The position numbers and the translations under genes were made by a program. From the NCBI RefSeq assembly GCF_000008305.1, contig NC_006055.1, positions 330,001 through 362,000 of the forward strand: 32,000 nt of DNA. Direction: 5' to 3'. The stretch comes from Mesoplasma florum L1. Lineage in GTDB: Bacteria > Bacillota_I > Bacilli_A > Mycoplasmatales > Mycoplasmataceae. How positions within the stretch are numbered: position 1 is the stretch's first letter; each line of letters opens with the position of its first letter. Of this stretch, positions 20,245-32,000 are shown piece after piece. The notes below the pieces were generated by a model. The model had not been told where the DNA came from. It was given only the letters and a program-made list of their open reading frames with translations, and did not search any database.

Positions 20245-22752
20245 ATGAAAAAAAGAATATTTAATAAATTTCAACCATATTTAAATGAATTTGAAAAAGA
20301 AAAAATAGCATTAGTAGAGGAAAAAATAACAGGTGATAATGAAAGAATAGCTAATGACGTTTCAGTGGATTTAATAATTATATTAGAATCAAAAATGATG
20401 AGCATATTAGAAAAATATGATATTTATTGTCCATTAGATGAAAGAGGAGCTAAAAATCTATTTGATAAAATAAGAAGTTTATATATACGAGAAAAAAAAC
20501 TTGAGTCAGAAAAGTTTACAAATGTTAACATACCTAAAATTATATATTCAACTTTTGAATATATAAGAAATTGAAGAAATAATGATGGTGGTCATGCGTC
20601 TGAATTTGTCATAAACAGAAGTTTTATGGATACAATACATTTACTGAAGTGTTTTGATATAGTTTTATCATTTTTAATTAATTTTTTTGATGATTTAGAC
20701 TTTGAAATAAATGAGTTTGATGAAAAAGGTTTACTTTCTTCATGAAATAAAAGGGGTCATTTTATAGATGAAATTTTAGAGGAAGATAAAAAATTAGATA
20801 CAACATCTATAAAACTAGGGAAAATAAATTTAAGTTCTTTTGTTTTAAATTCAGAAATAAGTTTTTTTATACCATCGTATCAAAGAAAATATAGATGAGA
20901 ATCAGAAACTTGCTTAGAGCTTATAGAAAATATCATTTCTAAAATTGATCAAATTGATGACGAATATTTTGGAACTATAGCAGTTACTATAGAGGAATCT
21001 AAACATAATGAAAAAATAAGAACAATAAGATTAATAGATGGGCAACAAAGAGTAACTACCTCTTTAATTATATTTAGAGCAATATATGATGTTTGAAATG
21101 ATAAAAAAAATAATTCTTATGAAGAAACAGTAATGGATACACCTTTAGAATTAGAAAAAACTTTCAAAGAAATTGGGTGTGCAGAAAAATATAAAAATGT
21201 TACAGGAGTTAAAGAAGAAAATGAAGCTCTTAATTTTATATTAAATTCTAATGTTAGTTACGTCGAAAGATTAAAAACAATAAATTCTTTTGAGCTACAT
21301 AATAAATCATTAGCAGCTAAAAATTACAATGCTATACACGATAGAATTAAAGAATTGAATCAAGATGAATTACTTTCTTTTTATAATAGATATGCATATA
21401 AGTTTCTAATTTCATGTGTTGATTTTAATAAAACTCCAGCAGAAGAAATGGAAATTTTTGAAACACTTAATTCTAAAGGGACTGAATTAGATTCGTTTGA
21501 TATGATAAAAAACTTTTTATTTAATTTAGTAGATAAAGAAATTTATATAAATAATGAATTAGAAATAACTAGAATATTTAATGATTATATTTCTTTTAAT
21601 GATATGAAGTTAGATGAAGCTAAAACGAGAAAGGTACAAGAAAACTTTTTATTTGGTTTTTGTGAATATAAGATGTTAAATTTTAAAGCATCAGATAATA
21701 CTTTGAGCAAAAATAAAAAATCAATTTTAAAGCATTTTAAAAAAATTTATGAAGGTAAACAAAACTTATCTTTAGAAGAGTATAAAAAAATAGTATCAGA
21801 GATAGGTAAATATGTTTTTATAACTAAATCATTTATATCAAAAAGTTATGAAAATGACACAAATGATATTTTATACCCAATAAGATATAATGTTTCAAAT
21901 ATATCGCATAAAGAAGTTTCGATTTTTATTTTGTATTATTTTATTGACTTATATGCTAAAAATAATTGAGATTCTTATAATAAAACATTAAATTATTCAG
22001 AAAAAGTGAATTTAATGAAAGATACTTTATTTGAATTTGAAAGATGATTGATAGCTCTACTTCAAGTTTATGGAACTGGACAATCTTTAACAAAACCAAT
22101 ATTGAGATTATTTAGATTTTTAAATACATTCGACATTGATAATCATTCTGTACAAAGTGAAATACCAAATATGATTAGAAAATGATTAAATTTAGAAGCA
22201 ACTGATGCGTTTGCATTTTTAAATAATGACCAAAGAAGATTATTATTAGAAAACAATGAATTGAAAATGCCTAATAAAGATTTATTTTTTGAAAACTTAA
22301 TAAACAAAAAAGTTCAAGATAAAAATGTGGCAATGGTAATTTTAAAAAGATTGGAAAGTTTTTTAATCAATAATTGAGAAATTAAAAGAGATAAAAACTC
22401 TCTTGAACATATAATGCCTAGAACTATAAAAAAAACAAAATGAATTGAATACTTAAAGGAAAATGAAAGTTTGACTGAAAAAGATATTTTAGAAAAACAT
22501 TCAGTTTATTTAGATAAATTGGGTAATTATATGATATTAGACAAAAGTAAAGAAAATTCAAAGATTTCTAATAATGATTTTGAAGAAAAAAGGAAGCAAT
22601 ATATACTTTGAAGTAATCCATTAGCTGAATTAATATTTGATTATAATGAAAAGAAAAATTTAAATAATATCAATAAGTTTGGTTTTGATGAGATTCAAGA
22701 AAGAACCGTTGCATTAGCTAAAATAATTTCTGAAAATATTTATTATAAATAA
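20245..22752 (+). CDS. DUF262 (ParB-like NTPase) + DUF1524 (HNH-like) GmrSD-family nuclease with about 200-aa N-terminal extension (about 835 aa, code 4)
   Basis: ORFs 20245 and 21133 share a frame that stays open through TGA codons to TAA at 22750-22752. DUF262 motifs IPSYQRKYRW and IRLIDGQQRVTTSLIIF; DUF1524/HNH-like SLEHIMPRT...LDKLGNYMILDKSKENSKISNNDF. The N-terminal IRNWRNNDGGHA resembles DUF4145. Confidence 0.8.
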
Positions 22753-22765
22753 TAGGAGTAGAAAA

Positions 22766-23392
22766 ATGTCAAAAAATGTAACTTTAATACTTATAGCTGG
22801 TGGAACAGCATCAGGAAAAACAACTGTTGCTGATAGAATAGCTAATGAAATTTTAAAAGGTAAATCGGTAACTCATATTTCAATGGATAATTATTATAAA
22901 GATTTTGGTGAATTGACTTTAGAAGAAAGAAGGAAAATAAACTTTGATCATCCAAATAGTGTGGATACTGAACTACTTTTAAATGACTTGCAAGCTTTAA
23001 AAGACTATCAACCAATCAAGGTGCCGGTTTATGATTTTAAAACTTCTTCAAGAACCAAAGAAACAATTACAGTTAAACCTAGTGATGTTGTAATACTTGA
23101 TGGAATTTTTGCACTAGCTATTAAAGAGATTAGAAAACTTGGAGATATCAAAATTTTTATAAAAACAGCTAATGATTTAAGGTTTATTAGACGTTTACAA
23201 AGAGATGTAAATGAAAGAGGGAGAACTTTAGAAAGTGTTGTTGAACAATACTTAAATGAAGTTAAACCAATGCATGATGCATTTATTGGGCCAAGTATTG
23301 AATACGCTGATTTAATAATTCCTTATAAAGAGGGGAATGAAGTTGCAGTTGATTTAGTAGCAACTAAAATATTAACATTGTTAACAGAGTAA
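22766..23392 (+). CDS. udk: uridine kinase
   Basis: Intact 208-aa ORF with P-loop IAGGTASGKTT, NFDHPNS, and RRLQRDVNERGR typical of Udk. Confidence 0.93.
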   Translation: MSKNVTLILIAGGTASGKTTVADRIANEILKGKSVTHISMDNYYKDFGELTLEERRKINFDHPNSVDTELLLNDLQALKDYQPIKVPVYDFKTSSRTKETITVKPSDVVILDGIFALAIKEIRKLGDIKIFIKTANDLRFIRRLQRDVNERGRTLESVVEQYLNEVKPMHDAFIGPSIEYADLIIPYKEGNEVAVDLVATKILTLLTE

Positions 23393-23436
23393 AAAAACAT
23401 AGATGTCTTTTTAAATAAGGCCTCTATGTTTTTTGA
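23391..23436. terminator. bidirectional A/T-flanked hairpin between convergent udk and the restriction gene
   Basis: AAAAAACATAGA ... TCTATGTTTTTT with a 19-nt loop and U-runs on both strands. It overlaps the last codons of the minus-strand CDS. Confidence 0.5.
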
Positions 23437-24769
23437 TTAAAAATGAAATTGTTTTGCGATTTAATCAAAATGCTTGAAATGTTAAATTAGAATTTTCATA
23501 TTTATTTTTGGCATTTGAATTTTTTGCTTTAGGTCTTAAATGAAAATCTTTGTCTTCTTTTTGTTTAGTTAGAATAAAATCTTCTTTTTTACCTTTATTT
23601 ATTGTTTCAAAAGAAAGTTTTGTTTGCTTTCAAATGTTCTCTGCATTTTTATAAATTCTTTCATTAATATCTTTTTTTGAAATAATACCATCAAGCAGAA
23701 CGACATCTTTAATGATTTTTTTACTAAAAATATTTTCATCTATTGTAACTATAATATATGGTTTTGTAAGCTCTTGATAAAATAAAGAATCCTCAAATTT
23801 GTTTTCTTTTAATATTTCATCAATTTTAATGTGATGAGACGAAATTGGCATACTTTCCTGTGTTATTTCACCAGATTTACTTAGTCTCATGGTTCTTACT
23901 TTTATTTGATCTTCACTAATTAGTTCTAAAATTGAATCATCATATTCTTCTAACATCTTTTTTAGAATTATTCCGTTTGCTTGTTTTGCAGAAGTATTGA
24001 TATTATTTTTTTTAGCATAATCAGATAAATCTGCGTTTATAAAATTCTTTAAAAAGTTATAAGCTTTTAAACTAGAAGTATTAAAATAAGCATTTATACT
24101 TTCAAAATCACTTCCTGTTAAAATGTAATTTACATATCACTTTTTTAAAGCAAAAGCTCTACTTTTTGCTTTAAAATCACTATTTGGTTGATTTCTTAAA
24201 TCTTTATTTTTACCTTGCCCCTTTGTTGTCGCTTCTAAAATTTTAGTGTCTGAACAAGAAAGCTCATGAGCAATTCCATTTTGTATTTTTTGATAAATTA
24301 TTGAGTAATCATTTTCAATAATTTTTTTTTCATTTTCAGAAATATTTTCATACTTTCATAGTATAGATTTTATGATTTTTAAATTTTTACGATTTTTGTC
24401 CTTGTTGTATTCGTGACCTATTAAAAGTATATTTTTATTTTTATTAAGAACCTTTGAATCAGTAAAATCTTTTTCTATATTATTAAAATCAATCATTGAA
24501 AGAGAAACTCTTTCTTTTGCAATTCACTGTTTTTTCTTGTTTTGTTTTAAACCAGTAACTTTTAATTCTAAATCTAAACCTAACTCTTTAAAATCGCTTT
24601 CAGATCTGTTATTTATGTCAATATTGAAATAATACTTTTGAATTAAATTTCCTATTCTTCCTTTATCTTTAAGTTTATAATCAATTTCATCAAAATTAAT
24701 TATTTCTCCTAATTGTTTATTTTCCGCTTCTTTTGCTCTACGAAATATATCATCTATTGTCTTATTCAT
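23411..24769 (-). CDS. type II restriction endonuclease, Sau3AI/MutH family (about 452 aa, code 4); GATC specificity predicted by family only
   Basis: Minus-strand ORFs 24524..24769 and 23630..23956 share a frame joined by TGA. N-terminal KGRIGNLIQKYYFNI..SESDFKELGLDLELKVTGLK (MutH-like D..ELK); central EATTKGQG...AKSRAFALKKWYVNYIL; C-terminal FHLRPKAKNSNA...QAFWLNRK (second MutH-like half, as in Sau3AI). Confidence 0.8.
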
Positions 24770-24794
24770 ATTATATTTTCTCTTCCTATTTTAG

Positions 24795-24802
24795 TGTATA
24801 AT
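24795..24802 (+). promoter_or_regulatory. extended -10 TGTATAAT for the methyltransferase gene
   Basis: About 45 nt upstream of the ATG at 24847, in the 77-nt divergent intergenic region. Confidence 0.45.
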
Positions 24803-24813
24803 TTATTAATGTT

Positions 24814-24819
24814 ATTATA
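24814..24819 (-). promoter_or_regulatory. -10 TATAAT (minus strand) for the restriction gene
   Basis: The forward ATTATA reads TATAAT on the minus strand, about 45 nt upstream of the start at 24769. It is 12 nt from the opposing -10 box. Confidence 0.4.
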
Positions 24820-24846
24820 AAATATTTTATGAAAGAGTGTGAAATA

Positions 24847-28015
<3,169 letters not shown>

Positions 28016-28030
28016 AAAGGAGAAATATAC

Positions 28031-30757
28031 ATGGCAAAAAAAATAGATAATTCAAATATTGAATCTGAAAAAGGAATAATTAGTTATGCTTTAGAAGACT
28101 TAATGGGTGAACGATTTGGTAGATATGCTAAATACATTATTCAAGAACGTGCATTACCAGATGCTAGAGATGGTTTAAAACCAGTTCAAAGACGTATTTT
28201 ATATGCAATGAATGAATTAAATCTAACTTATGATAAACCATATAAAAAATCAGCTAGAGTAGTTGGAGAAGTTATTGGTAAGTACCACCCACATGGTGAT
28301 ACATCAATCTATGATGCAATGGTTCGTATGAGTCAATGATGAAAACTAGGAATGCCTTTAATTGACATGCAAGGTAATAATGGTTCTATTGATGGTGATA
28401 ATGCAGCTGCAATGCGTTATACTGAAACTCGTTTAGCTAAAATTAGTGATTTAATGTTAGATGACTTAAATAAAAATACAGTTAAGTTTGCGCCTAACTT
28501 TGATGATAGTGAAAAAGAACCAACTGTTTTACCAAGTTATTTCCCTAACATTTTAGTTAATGGATCAACAGGGATTGCTGCTGGATATGCTACAAATATG
28601 CCTCCACACAACCTTGGTGAAATTATTGATGCAACAATTAAATTAATTAGAACTCCAAACACTAGAATAGACACTATTTTAGAAATTGTTAAAGGACCAG
28701 ATTTTCCAACTGGAGGAACTGTTCAAGGACGTAATGGAATTAAAGATGCATTTACAACTGGTAAAGGTAAAGTTATTGTTAATTCAAAATGACATGAAGA
28801 AGATAATAATATCATTATTGATGAAATCCCATATGAAGTTGTTAAACAAGATTTAGTTAAAAAAATTGGTGATGTTATTGATGCTAATCCCGGTTTAGGG
28901 ATCTTAGAAGTAAGAGATGAAACTGATCGAAATGGATTAAGAATAGCAATTGATTTAAGTGATAAAGCTAATTTAGATACAGTTAGAAAATTCTTATTCA
29001 AATCAACTCCATTAAGTATTTCATATAACTATAACAATGTGGCTATTGTTGATTTACAACCAAAACAATTAGGAATTATTGAATTAATTCATGCATATAT
29101 TGCTCACTATAAAGAAGTATTTACATTTAGAACTCAATTTGATTTAAATAAAGCTGAAAAACGTTTAGAAATCATTTTAGGTTTAATTAAAGCAATGAGT
29201 ATTTTGGATCAAGTTATCTCAGTAATTAGAAGTTCAACAAACAGAAGTGATGCTATTGAAAACTTAATTTCAAAATTTGTATTCTCTCAACCTCAAGCAG
29301 CAGCTATTGTTGATATGAGACTATATCGTTTAACTTCAACTGATGTGGTTAAACTACAAAATGAAAAAGAAGAATTAGATGTAAACATTGCTAAATTAAA
29401 AGCTATTTTAAATAGTGAAGAAGTAATGGATAATGAAATCATTAACCGTTTAAGAGAAGTTAAAAAACAATTCCCAACTCCAAGAAGATCAATTGTTGAA
29501 GATAGTATTGAAAACTTAGATGTTGAGCAAAAAGAAGTATTAGTTGAACATGAATATAACTTATGAATTTCAAAAGATGGATATTTAAAAGCTATTGAAT
29601 CAAAACTAATTAGTAAAAACGATCCTGCTGTATTTGGAAGAAAACCAAATGATATGTGAATTGCAGCTGGTGAAGTAAGTAACTTACAACATTTAATCTT
29701 AGTTACTAACAAAGGAACATATTATTCAATTCCTTTATATAAACTACCAATGAGTAAATGAAGAGACATGGGAGTTCATGTTAACACTATTGCTACAATG
29801 GATCCTAGTGAACATATTGTTAGTGCATTTGTAGTTAAAGATTTTGCTGAAGCTTTACAACAAATCTTAATCACAAGTAAAAATGGAAACATTAAACGTA
29901 TACCAGTTAAAGATTTAGAAACAAAAATCTTTACACGTGCATTTAGAATAATGAAATTAGATGCAGTTGATGAAATTGTTAGTGCTAGTCTAATTACTTC
30001 AAAAACTAGAACTTGTGGAATTATTACAAGAAATGGTTATGGAGTAAGATACCATATTGAAGATATTCCAGTTCAAGGAACTAATTCAAAAGGTGTTAAA
30101 GCAGCTAATCTAAAAGAAGATTACATAGTTGCTGGTTTAGGATTAACAAGTGAAGATACTATTATGTATTTAACTGAAAAAGACGGAGTTAAAAAATTCA
30201 GAAATGAAGATTTACCAATCTATATTAGACCAAAACGTGGAATAAGAGTATTACCAGAACGTAAACGTGGAACAGAATACATTACATTTGCATTTAACTT
30301 TAATGCAAATGAAGAAAACATTATTAAAGCAATTGATACTCAAGATATGTATCAAGAAGTTAACGTTAATAAATATCGTCATATTGAATTAACTAGTGTA
30401 ACTGGTGATTTTGATATTAAAGATGTTGCATTCGCTAGTTTAAGTGAAATTAATAAGGTTAAACCAAACGATATGCCCCCAGGTGCTTTAAATGCTGATG
30501 ATGATGCTGAAGGATATGTGTCTAAAGAAGAAATTAGAGCACGTCAAGAAGCTAACAAAGGTAAAGTGTCAGCTAAAGTAGTGGTAAGCAAAAATATTAA
30601 AGAAGAAAGCGAAAAACGTATTCAATCGTTAACTGGTGGTTTAAGTGATTTACTAGGAGATATTTCTTCAGTTTTAGGAACACCAAGCAAATCAAAACCT
30701 AAAAAAGAAGTTAAAGATGAATTTCAATTAGACTTAAGTGATCTATTAGAGGAATAA
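28031..30757 (+). CDS. parC: DNA topoisomerase IV subunit A (about 908 aa, code 4)
   Basis: [40 protein letters not shown] and [17 protein letters not shown]. Four same-frame track ORFs. I saw no QRRGGKG GyrA box in the C-terminal domain. Confidence 0.9.
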
Positions 30758-30766
30758 GGAGTTACT

Positions 30767-31525
30767 ATGGAGTCTTTAATTCATAAAATTGAAAAATACA
30801 AGAATCATGATGATTCTAAAATTCAATCAATAATTTCTAAAGTTCTTTACCAAAATTTTTTCAGTGGAAATTTTTTAACAATCAAAGAATTAGCTGAAGA
30901 ATGCAATGTTTCAGAATCAACAATAACAGTTTATTCAAAAAATTTAGGTTATTCAGGATATAGAGAATTATTAATCTTACTTAAAATGGAAAATAATTTT
31001 TATAATAAAACTTTTCAAAGCGAAATTGGAGCAAAAAGTGATAAGCAAAAAATAAATAAGTATAGAGAAATTTTAAATGAATTTTTAAATGAACAAAAAA
31101 AAGAAGATGAAAAAATAATTAAATTAGTTGCTAACATGAAAAAGGCAAATAAAATTGTTATAAATTCTAGTTATCAGTTAGATGATATAGCAAATTATTT
31201 TAAAGATCTATTATCATTAAAGTTTGACAATGTTTTAAAAAATGAATTAAAACTTTTTGCTTATAAAAATGCTCAAAATTTAACTGAGAAAGATTTAGCA
31301 ATATTTTTTGTTTCAGGTCAAGACAATGAAATGATGCAATATATTTTTGCTGTAACAAAAAAAATGACTAAAAATATTTTTATTTTTTCTTCAAGAAGTC
31401 AAATAGAAAAATTTGATATGCAAGAAAATGTAATTATTTTAGATGTTCCTAAATTAGGGAGCGATCATACATATAGAAGAATTATTTTAGATAACTATGT
31501 TTCAATAATTTCGTTATTATTGTAA
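30767..31525 (+). CDS. RpiR-family transcriptional regulator (HTH + SIS-like domain)
   Basis: Intact 252-aa ORF with an N-terminal HTH segment TIKELAEECNVSESTITVYSKNLGYSGYRELL. It is adjacent to a PTS gene. Confidence 0.7.
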   Translation: MESLIHKIEKYKNHDDSKIQSIISKVLYQNFFSGNFLTIKELAEECNVSESTITVYSKNLGYSGYRELLILLKMENNFYNKTFQSEIGAKSDKQKINKYREILNEFLNEQKKEDEKIIKLVANMKKANKIVINSSYQLDDIANYFKDLLSLKFDNVLKNELKLFAYKNAQNLTEKDLAIFFVSGQDNEMMQYIFAVTKKMTKNIFIFSSRSQIEKFDMQENVIILDVPKLGSDHTYRRIILDNYVSIISLLL

Positions 31526-31559
31526 AAACCACTTTAAAAAAATAAAAGTGGTTTTTTTG
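31525..31559 (+). terminator. Rho-independent terminator
   Basis: AAAACCACTTT-aaaaaaata-AAAGTGGTTTT followed by a T run. Confidence 0.75.
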
Positions 31560-31621
31560 TTTGCTTTCTTTTAAGTTTTAAAAAGATTAAAAAATAATAT
31601 TTAAGTGAAAGGAAAAAAAGT

Positions 31622-32000
31622 ATGAAAAATAAAAAAATTATCATTTATGCTCCTGTAAATGGAGTTATAGGTAAAATTAAAGACTTAAAAGATGGTGTTT
31701 TTTCAGAAGGAATGCTTGGTGAAGGGGTTTATATAATTCCTGAATCAAAAGAATTTTATTCACCTATTGATAAAGGTGAGTTAAAACTTGTTACAGCTAC
31801 TAAGCACGCTTATTATTTTGAACATGAAAATGGTCCTAATATTCTTATGCATATTAGTTTAGATACTGAAAAACATCAAGGTAAACCCTTTAAAACATTA
31901 TCAAATGTTGGAGATAAGTTGACTTTAGCAACTAAAATTGTTTCAGTTGATTTACAAATGTGTAAAAAACAAGATGTTAATGTTGCAACACCTATATTAA
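31622..32000 (+). CDS. crr: PTS glucose-family EIIA component (3' end truncated by the window edge)
   Basis: VFSEGMLGEGVYIIP, TKHAY and MHISLDT match the EIIA-Glc layout with both conserved His residues. The ORF runs off the window. Confidence 0.8.
   Translation, partial: MKNKKIIIYAPVNGVIGKIKDLKDGVFSEGMLGEGVYIIPESKEFYSPIDKGELKLVTATKHAYYFEHENGPNILMHISLDTEKHQGKPFKTLSNVGDKLTLATKIVSVDLQMCKKQDVNVATPIL

Noticed and set aside
24322-24330. Homopolymer tracts as phase-variation switches: T9 in the restriction gene, and A8 runs at about 11159, 11541, 20096 and 25619
   Set aside because: Runs of 8-9 A/T are expected by chance at this base composition and all are currently in frame. Without population data there is no evidence of slippage.
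31622-32000. Possible degenerate EIIA-Glc active site (MHISLDT instead of HxGIDT)
   Set aside because: Both conserved histidines (TKHAY and MHISLDT) are present, so the gene looks functional. It is simply truncated by the window edge.

Overview
This is an AT-rich Mollicutes-type chromosomal segment that uses translation table 4 (TGA = Trp). The standard-code ORF track cuts most genes at TGA. Rejoining same-frame pieces restores full-length genes, for example polC from 8 pieces and parC from 4. The housekeeping backbone, all on the + strand, is polC, a nitroreductase, rimP-nusA-ylxR-ylxQ-infB, rsmE, udk, parE-parC, an RpiR-type regulator and a partial PTS EIIA-Glc gene.

At least six defence-like modules sit between and directly against these essential operons:
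- an AbiH-like gene
- an ABC-type ATPase plus PIN-domain pair placed 13 nt after infB
- a PD-(D/E)xK nuclease plus DUF2075 SF1-helicase fusion
- a tightly packed four-gene cluster of unknown function (a protein with a C-terminal J-domain, two paralogous 4-TM proteins and a Lys-rich protein) running into rsmE
- a C5-cytosine methyltransferase with a DUF262/DUF1524 (GmrSD-like) nuclease
- a divergent Sau3AI/MutH-family restriction enzyme plus a second C5 methyltransferase, which ends 10 nt before parE

I saw no rRNA, tRNA, CRISPR array, transposase or integrase. All family calls come from motifs read by eye; no HMM or BLAST search was run. Boundaries of code-4 rejoined CDSs were derived by hand and may be off by a few nt.
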